A stretch of 64,000 bases of DNA. It comes from Bilabrum cf. latius. Taxonomy: Eukaryota. A model generated the notes under the pieces. That model saw only the letters and a program-made list of their open reading frames with translations. It searched no databases and was not told the DNA's origin. A program made the translations under genes and the position numbers. How positions within the stretch are numbered: the first letter of the stretch is position 1; each line of letters begins with the position of its first letter. The DNA lies in NCBI GenBank assembly GCA_965178125.1, contig OZ237773.1:62001-126000 (forward strand), in the 5' to 3' direction. Below are positions 1 to 12,700 of the stretch, in pieces.

Positions 1-2209
1 GCGCAGGCCAAATCACCACGCCGGCGGCATGGTCAGAGCTTCCCGACGCCGCCGAGCGGCAGGACCGCGCCAGGATCTCAGGATGGTTCGCGGACATTTC
101 CAGGAAAGCCGCCGCGCAGTCGAAGGCCTCTGCCGCCGCGTTCCCGCTGAGGCCCCTCCCTTGCCTGCACAGGCTGCCCACCAGCGCGAGCCCCAGGCAG
201 CGGAGCGGCCGGGGGCTGCCCTGGTCCCTTGACGCGCTGTTCGAGCCCAGGGGAGGTAACTGGCCAATCGCTGCGTCCAGGGAGGGTGCCGCAGGGTCCT
301 CGGATGGGATCGCCCGCAGCAGCAGGTCTGCAGGCACTGCATCCACCACCGCTCTGACGATGAGGTCGGTTGCAACCGAGGCCCGGCCCACGAGTGGGAG
401 GCCCGAGGGCAGCGAGAGCCACGGCGACTCCTACCTTCCATCGCTGCTGCCACCCTCAGTCTGAATCTCTCGCACTTCTCCTCCTCGTTGGCTACCTGCA
501 AGCGCCCCGTGGCATGCCGTGGACAGGAGAGACGAGGCGGCCGATGCCAGGGACCGGGTGGCAAACCCAGAGCCCTCCGCTGCATCGCGATCCATCGCTG
601 CCTGTGCCTGTTCCCTGGCAGCCTGCAGGAGAGCAGCAGCGGCAAAGCCAGCCGACTGTGTGCTACAGGCCCCCCTGCACCCCTGCTACACCACCAGCCC
701 GCACGCGATGGAAACGAGGGAAGGAAGGATGCTGCCGCTTGCATCATCATGCAATGCACCCACAGAATCGCCGCTGCTCGAATCAGCCGCAGAACTGCCA
801 GTATGGGCCCCTTCGCCCGCGAATGCCGCCTCCACCTGCGCAGCCAACGAGTCGAGGAGAGACGCGTCTCCTGCGTTGCCACCCGGCACACTGCCCAGCG
901 CCAGAACCATTGCAATCGTCACACCTGGCAGCGCAAGTATCTCCTGCAGGCACCTGAGCGCCTGGCCGGCCTCCTTGGCGGCTGCATCAGCGTCCCTCGC
1001 GCCCACTGGCGCATCCGTGGCGCCCTCAGTGTTGGTATCAGTGACGGAGGGCAGCTCGCCTGCCTCACCCGGGGTCATGCCCAGAGTGCGGCAGCATTCG
1101 CTGATTTTCTTCCACACTCGGCCCACGACAGCTCTCAGGGACCCCTAGATGCCACACCCAGCACTTCTTGCCGCATCTCTCTGCCTCTGTCTCGCTTTAC
1201 CGCGATCGGCCGATCCTGCGGCCCCGAGCCCGGGCCCAGACCCAGCTCTCGGCCCAGCAGCCGACCCATCCACGCTGAGTCCGAGCGACTCCGAATCCTT
1301 CCCGCCTTGTTCCTCGGCGTCCTGGTCCTCCTCCAGCAGGACCAGCGCAAAGGCGGCCCGAACCACCCCGTTGCTGCAGTGCAGTGCATCCGCGATGTCC
1401 CCCAGGCCGGGAGGCAGGGCCAGCAGCGCCGCCTCGCTCCCTGCGGCGGCCGCCCCCTGCAGCAGGCCACGTTCCGTTTCATCGGTCTCTTCAGGCTGAT
1501 TTGCCTGCAAAATGCCGGACCTGGCGCCCATCTCAGTCGCCGCACCGATTGGCGCGTCGAATGTGAGGTCACTCGCGTCATCGTGGCCAAAGTCACTGCC
1601 CCCGTCATGGCCAGCCCCACTGGTCGGGCTCAAACCACCCAGCGCGCCGGCCCGTGGCTGTATGATTGTAGCAACCACATCAGCGCATGCCCGCACCACC
1701 ACGCAAGTCCGTTCCTCCCTCGAAAGCGGAACCAAGGATTGCGCGGCGCCGCTTCGCCTGCCCTCGAGCGATTGCGCGCCGACCCTGGCTGCCCTGACGA
1801 TCGCGTCGCAGGAACCCTCCGTGTCGTTTGTTCCCTGGGGAACAGAGGCCTCCCGGGTCCCGTCTCCGCGCAGCACAGCGGCCCCGGCAGCCGCCGCCGC
1901 CTCTGGCTCCGGCCCGCACAGATCCGCCAGGAGAGCGGAGGCGGCTGGCCGAAGGGCTTGAGCGCCAGCGCGCGTGGCAAGCCAGCCCGCGTATCGCGCC
2001 ACCAGGTACAGGGCGGCGGCATCGGGCTGCGCAGGAGCAGTCTGCTGCAAGTTTGTGCTGGAAGGCGAAGGGAGCGAGCGGAGGCCAACCGAGGCGGCGC
2101 TGGGGGCGGCTGGATCAGCGCCTGCCCCGCTCGATGCTGCGCCACTTGGAGCGTTCGTCTTTGCTTTCCGTGCGAGGATTTCCTCCACGCTGACTGCCAC
2201 CTGAGACAT
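1..2209 (-). CDS. Large Ala-rich alpha-helical protein of unknown function, 5' part (continues beyond the window start)
   Basis: ATG at 2209 (MSQVAVSVEEILARK). Track ORFs 1145..2254 and 686..1126 are in one frame. That frame stays open to base 1 if TAGs at 1145, 686 and 431 are read as sense, and it contains no TAA or TGA. Confidence 0.7.
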
Positions 2210-3054
2210 GGATGTCGCAGAGGTTAGTGATGCTGATCCACGAGAATCTTGCACCCGCCCGCTTTGAACCTGAACCGTAGGGAACGCAGCTTCTGCATGC
2301 CGGGTGTCGCTACTGCCAGCAAGATAAGCGTCTCTGTTCGCTGAAGCACCAAGAGTTTGCTATTTTGGGTTTGTTGCGTTGAGGCAGCCCATCGTAGTTC
2401 GAGTACGTTCTCGTGTCAGCGCGCTTGCCAGCTGCTTGGCTGAAGAACAATTCTAAAGGGTACTGTGCATATCTATGATGAGCCTAGTTGCGCCAATTTC
2501 GTTCGTTCTCGCTGTCTCTGAGTTGCTGTCTCGTGGCAACCAGCCAGGGAATCTAGACGGCATGGGGGCAACCAGCCCTTCCAGCATAAGTGATGAGCTG
2601 GCCTTGCCTTCTAAACTCTAGTGAGCTGGCTGCATCTTCCCATTTCGGGATGGAGCAACCTATGCTCTCCTTGATTTCAACGACATGGTGCAGCAAAGCG
2701 TCTCCCCCGGAGAGTGTGTCCTAGTTTGGGATGTTTTCGGGGCCAATAGGAATGAAGCTGACTGATTGACTTGTTTGGATCAAGTAAGTATCAGATACAG
2801 CGAACCGAAGCAAAGAGGTTCGAAGCACCCTCTTTCTACTCCAATAATCTCTGCTGGCAAGCCGTCGAACCTTGCGATACCGATTCCGAAAGTTCGTTAT
2901 GTGGTGGAGCTAGCCGCGGTCATGAGCCTCATTGAGAGGTCAACAACTTACCCGACCTGTGAAACAATCTAGGTGCACTAACGGTAACCAACCAGCAGCA
3001 AATGGCGTGGCAGAATATATGCACGTCAGAATCTCAAACCAATCAGATAGACAA

Positions 3055-5678
3055 TCAGTACAAGCCACTGCTGCCCTCGCTCGTACCGGGAGCTTCATTC
3101 TGGTCCCCATACCCCTGGCCCATCCTGCGGTACTGTTGCAGCGTGCTCACTCTCCCCTCGAGGCTCCTGGCTCCTGCCGAGCTGATTTCCATGGCTTCCT
3201 CCGTGGTGTGGCCTGTCCCGTGCCCCGAGCTGCGGGCACCTCCGCCCATGTTCGAGATCGAGCTCCCTGTCCCATCCGTGATCAGCACGCCAATGTCCTC
3301 CAGCCCCTGGGCCTCGGCCTCCTCGGCCATGGCCGCCGCCCGCCGCATGATTGCCGCCCCCATCGCACCGCCGAGGGCGCGCGCGATTTCACTTGAGTCA
3401 CCATCGCCGTCACTGGTTTCCTTGAAATCATCCACGCCGATACTAGCCCCAGCCAGAGGCCGTTGCTGCTGCTGCTGCTCCTGGTTCCGGCGAGGAGGGG
3501 GGTTAAGTGCCGCCTGTCCATACAACCTGCTGGCTGCCTCGCCCCCCCCTGCCAGCACGCTGCGAGCGAACCTGCCCCGCTTCAGTGGATGCTGCGCCTC
3601 GCCTCGGGCAGCCGTAGCAGCTGCGTTGCCTGCACTTGTGCCTCCCTCGGCCTTGGCCTGCGCTGGACCAGAGCCGTTGCTGCTGCCCTGCAGGAACGTG
3701 ACAGGCTGAGAACCCCTAGCACCTGCAGGAGCAACGCCCCCACCTGCGGGGTCATCCGGTGCATCGTGCCCCCCCACGTCGGGGTCAGACCCCTCCGATC
3801 CCTCGGGGAGATGCAGCACCCTGCTCCTCCAGCTCCGAGTCGTGCCGATGGCCTCCCCGCTCTGTTCCCTGCCGCGCCGGGGGGGCTGCTGCTTGGAACG
3901 GGTCTGCCCCTTCCTGAGCGCCCGCGCAGCTCCACTGCTCGCAGTACCAGGTTCCTCGATGGCAGGCCCCTCATCGATGGCAGCCCCCTAGTCGGACCTC
4001 GTGGTTTTGCCTGAGGCCGCGGTGCTCTTTCCGGTTGTGGTAGGCGGCTCTACCCTCTGGCGACCTAGCCACGATGCCGCCCGTGAGAGCGTGTCGCTGG
4101 ACGAAGAGGACCTCCCCGTAGATCCACCGGTGGATTGCTTCCTGCTGCCCTTCTCAGAGCCCAGGTGCCTGCCTGCGCCCGTGCCCATCCAGCCCATCCC
4201 TCCCCCAAGGTCGCTGGTGGACTGCGACTGGCTAGAAGATCTCCACTCACTGCCGCTGGCCCTGTATCGGCTCATGGGCTCCTGGGAGCCGATCGTGTCA
4301 CCGACCAGCACAGACCTGCCGGATGCGCTTGCTGTGCCCGCGGCAGCAGCAGCAGCTTGGTCCCCTGACCCCCGCAGTGCCCTGCCTCCATCCCCTTGTG
4401 TCCTTCCCATCTCTGGGCTGAACACCGCAGGCAAATGCTGCTGGTTGCTGCCGTGAGCAGCCTAGCTGTCTTCTTCCAGCGAGGAAGCTGCTCCTAGATG
4501 CACTAGCTACACCCCTGGGCTCTGGCTACTGTGTGTGCTTCCCGGTCGCTGGTTCGGTCGTCCGTCTCCTGGGCCAGTTGCTGCACGACTAGGCCGCCCC
4601 AACTGCTCCTCGCTCTCCTCCTCCGGCACAACTCCAAGAGGCTTCCCGCCCATGGCACCACCGACGCCTGATCCGAAGCTCTTGCCGCGTCGATGCCCGC
4701 CGCGCCTGGGCATGCTCGGGTGTGGCGCCGACGACGTCCCCCACTTGGAGACATCGCCCGCAGCATCGGCCTCGCTGCCAGTGGTTCTCATGGTCCTCAT
4801 CCTCGCGAGGCGGGCCAACCTGAGGATCCGTCGGGCGCTGGAGCCGGGTGGTAGCACAGGGGGTCCCCTGGGGCGCGGTCTGTTCGGGCCGCTGGAGGAG
4901 CTCCACTTGTTGTTCCCGTGCTTGTTCCCGTGCTTGGTGCCCTTGGCCGATGCCCGCCTGGAGTGCCGCACCGGTTCCTCGCTTTCGTCCTAGGAGAAAT
5001 CATCCGACCATAGCAGTTCTGACGAAATAGAGTTCCTGCCCCCTCCCCCGCCCCCTTCCTCCTCTTCCAGACTGGTCCTGGACGCGTACAGGATTGCATT
5101 CACGAGCTCCGCTGCTCGCTCCCTGGCCTCATCGGCGGATTCTGGCGAGAGTGGCGAGCGGTCCCACTGGTCTCCGGACCACGACCTGGATCGTGGGCGT
5201 GATTTGCGCTTGGTAGCGGCGGGCTCGTGGTCATCTACCGCTGCTTCACGCCCCGTGATGTCCCTCGGCAGGTAGCCGGGTGGAAGGAATCGCCCGAGCT
5301 CAGTCAACACCAGCGGTTGGGAGTCTAACTCTCGGAGCTGCCGCACGAGGATTTTAATTCGAGCTAGGCGGGCATTGAATGGGACGGATGGGTCGGACTT
5401 GGACCGCAGCCGGGTGCCTTTGATCCCTCTCGTGTGCCCGTCCGGGCCGATCGTCGACTGCGCTCCTCTCGCCCCTAGCACTCCAATGGAAGCTGAGGTG
5501 CTCTTTACATGTCCATGCATAGTTTTTGGGGAGGTGTCGCGAGCACTGCTTGAAGAAAGCCCCCGCTTTCCTTGCTTGCTGCTCTCCGGCACGATCTTCC
5601 CAGCGGCTGCCCTCTCATCGGTCGCCTTCTCCCCACCAACATGCTGCGTGTCGTCAATCTCTCTATCAGTACCAGTTT
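3055..5678 (-). CDS. Low-complexity (Gly/Ser/Arg-rich) hypothetical protein; 5' end uncertain, probably spliced
   Basis: Track ORFs 4990..5592, 4507..4971, 3988..4434 and 3055..3819 are in one frame, separated only by TAGs (4990, 4507, 4462, 3988). It ends at TGA 3055-3057. An upstream in-frame TAA at 5686 and a candidate acceptor (gcgcag, AG at 5679-5680) imply a further 5' exon that I could not place. Confidence 0.65.
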
Positions 5679-6543
5679 CTGCGCGTTACAGGTGGAGAAT
5701 GGAGCCAAAAGTAACGAAACGGATGCATCGCAAGAGCTTTTGTCAGCACGAACAGCAAGGAGAGGTCTATGCCAAGAACGCTGAAGAGCAATAATGCCTT
5801 AGAATTGGAAGTCCTAGGGTCCCATTCTATCACATTTGTTGATAACTGGACTGCAAGTAGATGCATACGGCCACCCACGTAGGGGAAGCCTTCGGCCCGT
5901 ATGTGCGAAGTTCCGAAGTTAGCCTTCATCGAATCGATACCGTTAATAGTACTAGTCAATGTGCCCGTGCTATACACCACTAATGCTACGCCAACTGCAC
6001 GATCTCTATCGATACGATGCACTCACGCGCGTTGCTTTGCAGTGAGTGTGCTTGCGTAATCCAGCATCTGCTTGCGCACGCACCCATCAATTGAATCAAA
6101 CAAATCAAATACTGGTGTGGTCTACTGGGCCCTGTTTAGGACAAACTGCCCTCTGGCGCTTTTAATAACCCCTTCAATGAACTGTGCTTCGTTGAATATT
6201 TCATACTGCCGGCACTGGTGCTGTCGATCCAGGTGCCGACAACTTGAAGGTGCAAGAACACTCGCCGTGCCGAAGAGCTTCTCATCTCGAATCGAGTCAC
6301 AGATAAAGAATTATTGCTTAATCATGCACATAGATAATACATGTGGCGCATCCGTTCGGTTTTGGCCGCGGATTATCATGATATAGTAGTATCGCACCAT
6401 TGGAGAACGCGCGACCTCCGCTGCTAGTTGCCCGCAAACGATTTGGAAGAATGTTAACATACCAACATGGCAATAAACTAGCAGATACTTGCTTGTACAT
6501 GGCCTGCCTCCAACTTGCACGCGTAGCCGCTCGCATAATCTTG

Positions 6544-8671
6544 TCATCGGTCGTCCTTCTTGGCTTTGCTCTTCTTCTCCTTCTTGGCCTTCTTCGTCTT
6601 GCCATCCTTCTTCTCTGACTTCTCCTTCTTATCTTTCTTACCTTTCTTGGCCTTCCCTTTCCCCCCTTCGAACCTTTTCAGCACGTCCATCACGGTCGGC
6701 CGCCTCTCGTTCGTCGCGTGCCCAGAGCCCGCCCCCCCATCATCATCACCCTCGCCCTCGCCATCCTTGTTCCCTGCGCCAGTCTTGGCACCATCATCGC
6801 CCTCCTTCGCACCCCCCTAGCCTGCAGACCCCTCCGGTGGAACCCCTGACTCGCCACCTGCCACCACAGGCACCTCACCCCCACCTGCGCCTACAGCTGC
6901 CGCTGCAGCCATCGCCGCTGCCACTGCCGCCGCACTAGCCTCCCCCTGCTCCTCCTTGCCCACATCATCCTCATCAGCTGCCAAATCTCCTGTTTCCATC
7001 TCGTCCTGCTGCTCCGCACCCTCCGGCGCACTGCCGGCCTGTCCACTACCCGCATGCCCACACTCTTGCTCGCCTTTAGCTGCATCTGAGCCCGTGCCCG
7101 CAATGGTAGGCCCGCTTGAAAAGACGCCTGCAGCAGTGGGTGGAGCCAACCCTTCATCAGTAGCATCACCGTCCTCATCAGCAACGACCGCCTCAACCAT
7201 CGCTCTCTCGCTCGCCTCGTCGGCTGCCACTGCCCCCGGCCCAATACCACCTTTGCCTACACGTGCTCCCGCTTCTGCCACTGCCTCAGCTTGTGCCTCT
7301 GTCTCAGCGTCCTCAAGGACGTCTCGGTCACTATCAGCTGCACCCGCCGCCTCCAGCCCACCAGGTGCAGCCTGCGTATCGCTCGTCACACTTGGTGCAG
7401 CCGCCTTCTGCTGCTACTGCTGTTCCCTGGATCTGACCCTCTCCAGCTGTATCTCAGAGTCCACCAGCACTCGCTGCTGCCTCGCCTCCCTGGCCTCTTG
7501 TTCCCTGGCCATCGCCCCCTCCTCGTGCCTGAGCCTAAGGTCGGTTGCTCGCGCTTGCAGCTCGTTCAGTCTTCGGACCGACCTCCGGACCCGCCCGTCC
7601 AGCCCGGTTGCAACCTCTAGCATTCGTCTTACCTCTGCCCCGAGGGCGGGCAGCCGCTGCTGCAGGCACCCGTCGAGCAGGTCGAATTCCCGCTGCTGGG
7701 CCACCACCTCTCGCCTGGCCTGCTGGGCCCTCGTATCCAGAGCGGTGGCACTGCGGGATGGGAAGCAGGGGGGGCAGGGGAAGGGCCAGGGACAGCTGCA
7801 GATACCATGCAGCAGGTGGATTCAACGCAAGACATGGTGCACCCATGCATATGTGGCATGCTGCATCGAACAAGCGCGGACACGCCTGGCACTCGTAGCA
7901 GCGCGCTGCACGGACGCGACCCCTCCAGGCACATGCTCGCTGATCGGGCGCAACTGCCGGCATGTCCGTAAGGCAGTGAACTCACGATTCCTGTATTCTT
8001 GCAGCGTCAATGTCTGCATCGTTTCCAATGGCAACCCACTCCGCACGCAGAGCCTGCATCGACTCGTGGTCGGGGTCCCGATCCGGCCCAAGCCGCTATC
8101 CGGCGACTTGCTCCGAGATTCGCTCCTGCAGCTTCCCAAAACCTTCTCGCGTCTTACGAGCCATTTCAGTCGCACCCTACGCCATTCTAGAGCTTGCCGT
8201 TCGCATGGATGTCACGAGAGAGGCAGCCGCAGACAGGAACGGGTTTGCACCGCTGGCTAGCTGCGGCTGACTCGATGCCGAGCTCCCAACCCCACTAGTG
8301 CTTGACGATAGTGGTCGATGCAAGAGAATCTGCATGGGTCGACTGGCTGCCTTGATATGAGCAAGCGCTTCGTCGTGAGGCAAGCCTACAAGGACGTGCT
8401 TGCCTGCGGAATCCGAGGCCACCTGTGCCAGTTGGTCCCCCTCCCGCACACCCAGTGACTTTGCAGCCCCTTGCTCCATTACTACGCGCACAACTAGGCC
8501 ATTGTCCACCTGCATCCCAAGCGGACCCGGTCCAAATTCAACTGCAACATCTGTGAATTTGCGATCTGTCGGAGGTCCAGGTCGGACGGCGGATGCCACC
8601 GCCGCACGGTCGTCATCAGAGGCGCGGGTACTAGTAGCCTCATGTGCGGCATTTGGGCCAGTACTTGACAT
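6544..8671 (-). CDS. PDZ-domain protein with a coiled coil and a Lys-rich C-terminus (2 exons, about 630 aa)
   Basis: N-terminal PDZ signature (VEFGPGPLGMQV...GAAKSLGVREGDQL...PHDEALAHIKAASRPMQILL). A phase-2 intron 7751..7985 (gtgagt...cccgcag) restores the frame. In-frame TAGs at 8177, 8096, 7414 (inside EQQ*QQK) and 6817. Stop TGA 6544-6546. Confidence 0.8.
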
Positions 8672-8924
8672 CACCCGCGCTGTACACAGCGAATCCGCCG
8701 ACGAAGCGATTTATCGATTCGTAATTTATTGCGTGTACGGTAACTTCACCCAACAATGCAAGTGTATTTCTGTATTTCTGTATTTCTGTTCCATCCTGGA
8801 TTTCCGTCGCCGCCTAGCACCAGCATGTGCGCGGCGAACAGCGTATGTACCACACTATGTACTCACAGGTCATGCAGGACCACTCAAGGATCCTCAATTT
8901 TGTCTCGAAGGGCTCGAGGAGGGC

Positions 8925-9260
8925 TGCAGCAAAGGCCAAACGGGCGCTCGTCAGGGCAGTCCGGGAGGACTGGCTGTAGGGGCAGCCGTAAACAACAATC
9001 TCGCCGTGGCGATCGCCAACGTCAAGGCAGGGTTGGCTCAGAACGGGCGGCAGGACGGGGTGCCGGCAGCGGGCGCCGGAGGGAACGTGAATGCTGACGC
9101 TCCCCAGGGGGATATGGGTCCTCAAGGTGGAGCTTAGGTGGTTTAGGCCATTGCAGCTGAAGCGTGAAGTCTGGTAGGTCCCTGGCTCTCGTTCCAGATG
9201 TTTCTTCGTGATAGCGTGCGCTTTTGAGTTGAGGCCACAGAATATCAGAACTCCCCAAGT
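8925..9260 (+). repeat. Diverged dispersed repeat, copy 1 (inverted partner at about 32890-33210); decayed coding fragment
   Basis: Colinear shared blocks: aaggccaaac, ctggctgtaggggcagccg, gcagggttgg, tgccggcagcgg, atgggtcctca, atagcgtgcgcttttgagttga. Both copies translate to LAVGAA.NN.LA.A.A..KAGL.Q...MGPQG. Confidence 0.8.
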
Positions 9261-9770
9261 TCCATTTCTCTATTTCTCCGCAACACAGACATCAGGCTCC
9301 GTCGACCTCATCCGTGGTGGTATGGCTACAGCTGTAGCCCCCAGCGCCTACGCCTTTGGATACAGACCTAATAAGAAAAATATGAGGGCCACACGCGGCT
9401 CGCCTGCGTCTCCAGGGGCACGCAAGTCCAGCGAGAATCACATGGCTGCGATGGGTGAGACGCTGGCCTGGGAGGAAACCCTCTTATCTCGACGTGACGG
9501 GACCCGCGCGTCCTGCAGGATGCCGATACCTTCGCATTGTGCTCGAACAAATCTAGTATGAGCCAGCCCTTCCTGCTCCTAGGCCTGCATGGGACAAACG
9601 CCAGGAAGCAGTTTCCACCCAAGCACCCACCCGCATGCCATGCCTGTCGTGGCAACAGCCCTAACCCGTCGTGCGTGCATCCCACCTTCCTCATGGCATA
9701 TTCTCCCTACGCAGATACTGGCAGAGACCAAGTACTTCCTGCCCGCATGCAGCTCGAGGGGGGCGCTTGC

Positions 9771-12700
9771 ATGCCCCTCCTGATCATCCCACTGGCCTGC
9801 CTCTTGATACTCTCGCGGACTGTATCGGCCAACGGATGGTGCGAAAACCATCGGATTGACTTCTCGCCCTGGGACTCTACGCACTGCGGCATTGAGAATA
9901 GCACCAACGCCGCCAGATGCTGGAAGCCGAGTAACCGTTCACCCAACTCGTCCGTGACCGAGTGGCTCACTATAACAAACTACTGCGGGATCGAGATGGG
10001 CACTTTCGGTCTGCACTGCGACCTAAATCCTCTAGAGCGTGAATCCGTGTCCCCCGACGACCCTTTTAGTAACCCTTACTTAAGGCGTTGGAAGTCCGTC
10101 TCTTCCAGCGTTGATCTAGAACGCCTTGCTTGCGCTATTGACTGGGACGATGAAATTTACTGCTCTTAGTTTGATGCTCCCAGTGGTCAAAAATGGATGA
10201 TGGTCGATGTCACTCCCAATGGGGGGGGCGCATGCGGTATCGACCGTGACACGTACCAGATACACTGCTGGGGGCGCTCAAAGCTCTCAAACTTGGAACC
10301 TGCAGGGAAGCAATGGGTGTACGTTTCTACTCAACCATAGTACGCATGCGGGATCGAGAAGGGCAGCGGCGCAGTGCATTGCTGGAGCTCGAGCAGAGAT
10401 ATAAGGGATGCGCTTACAGCAGTACCATCAAACGTGACATCCTGGGACGATGTGCAGGCATTTAAAAGAATAGCTTGCGGAATCGCGAGCGACACCAAGG
10501 CCATACATTGCTGGGGGGCAGATTATGGACTTAACGAATTTGGTGATGTACCTTAGGCTGATGGTGGATTTGCAAAGATCTCCACGCGCGATGCAACTGT
10601 GTGTGCTCTCGAGATCCAGGGAGGCATGTAGTGCACCGGTCGCGGTTTCGATGACGATGATTGGTACTTATAGCCAAACGACCTGGCGCCTGGCTATATC
10701 TCCAGACACTCCTTCTGCTAGCCAACAGCCATAGACTGGGACTCAGTCACAGCGGATCAGTACGCAACTATCCTCGACATGACCGAATCCTCCATCAGTG
10801 ACTGGCCCGACAGGTCTTACTCCGAAGTACCAGTGCTGAATGGATGGTCATCCCTCAAACAAATCCAGCTACCATCATCGCTTTAGTTCATCGGAAGCAG
10901 AATGGCTGCGGGCTCCAAGAGTATGCAGAGGATCGACATGTCCTCCTGCGACCAGCTGACCACCATCCCGTCCCACGCTCTGGGCACGGACAAAGGCACC
11001 CTCACGGAGATCCAGCTGCCATCCAGCCTCACCACCATCGAGGCGGAGGCATTCACCACGACGGACGGCGTGCAGCAGGCGGGCGTTGAGGTGCTGGACC
11101 TGTCAGGGACCCAGCTTGCATCGGTGGTGGATGGGTCCTTCAGAGGACTGCATGGAGTGACCAGGCTGTCCATGCCATCCACCCTGGCCACCATCCCCGC
11201 ATCGACCTTCGGCGGCATGGACGGCCTGCGGGGGATCGACATGTCATCCTGCGACCAGCTGACCACCATCCCGTCCCACGCTCTGGGCACGGACAAAGGC
11301 ACCCTCACGGAGATCCAGCTGCCATCCAGCCTCACCACCATCGAGGTGGAGGCATTCACCACGACGGACGGCGTGCAGCAGTCGGGCGTTGAGGTGCTGG
11401 ACCTGTCAGGGACCCAGCTTGCATCGGTGGTGGATGGGTCCTTCAGAGGACTGCATGGAGTGACCAGGCTGTCCATGCCATCCACCCTCGCCACCATCCC
11501 CGCATCGACATTCGGCGGCATGGACGGCCTGCGGGGGATTGACATGTCATCCTGCGACCAGCTGACCACCATCCCGTCCCACGCTCTGGGCACGGACAAA
11601 GGCACCCTCACGGAGATCCAGCTGCCATCCAGCCTCACCACCATCGAGGTGGAGGCATTCACCACGACGGACGGCGTGCAGCAGTCGGGCGTTGAGGTGC
11701 TGGACCTGTCCGGGACCCAGCTTGCATCGGTGGTGGATGGGTCCTTCAGAGGACTGCATGGAGTGACCAGGCTGTCCATGCCATCCACCCTGGCCACCAT
11801 CCCCGCATCGACCTTCGGCGGCATGGACGGCCTGCGGGGGATCGACATGTCCTCCTGCGACCAGCTGACCACCATCCCGTCCCACGCTCTGGGCACGGAC
11901 AAAGGCACCCTCACGGAGATCCAGCTGCCATCCAGCCTCACCACCATCGAGGTGGAGGCATTCACCACGACGGACGGCGTGCAGCAGTCGGGCGTTGAGG
12001 TGCTGGACCTGTCAGGGACCCAGCTTGCATCGGTGGTGGATGGGTCCTTCAGAGGACTGCATGGAGTGACCAGGCTGTCCATGCCATCCACCCTGGCCAC
12101 TTTCCCCGCATCGACCTTCGGCGGCATGGATGGCCTGCTGGGGATCGACATGTCCCCCTGCGACCAGCTGACCACCATCCCGTCCCACGCTCTGGGCACG
12201 GACAAAGGCACCCTCACGGAGATCCAGCTGCCATCCAGTCTCACCACCATCGAGGCGGAGGCATTCACCACGACGGACGGCGTGCAGCAGGCGGGCGTTG
12301 AGGTGCTGGACCTGTCAGGGACCCAGCTTGCATCGGTGGTGGATGGGTCCTTCAGAGGACTGCATGGAGTGACCAGGCTGTCCATACCATCCACCCTCGC
12401 CACCATCCCCGCATCGACCTTCGGCGGCATGGACGGCCTGCGGGGGATTGACATGTCATCCTGCGACCAGCTGACCACCATCCCGTCCCACGCTCTGGGC
12501 ACGGACAAAGGCACCCTCACGGAGATCCAGCTGCCATCCAGCCTCACCACCATCGAGGTGGAGGCATTCACCACGACGGACGGCGTGCAGCAGTCGGGCG
12601 TTGAGGTGCTGGACCTGTCCGGGACCCAGCTTGCATCGGTGGTGGATGGGTCCTTCAGAGGACTGCATGGAGTGACCAGGCTGTCCATGCCATCCACCCT

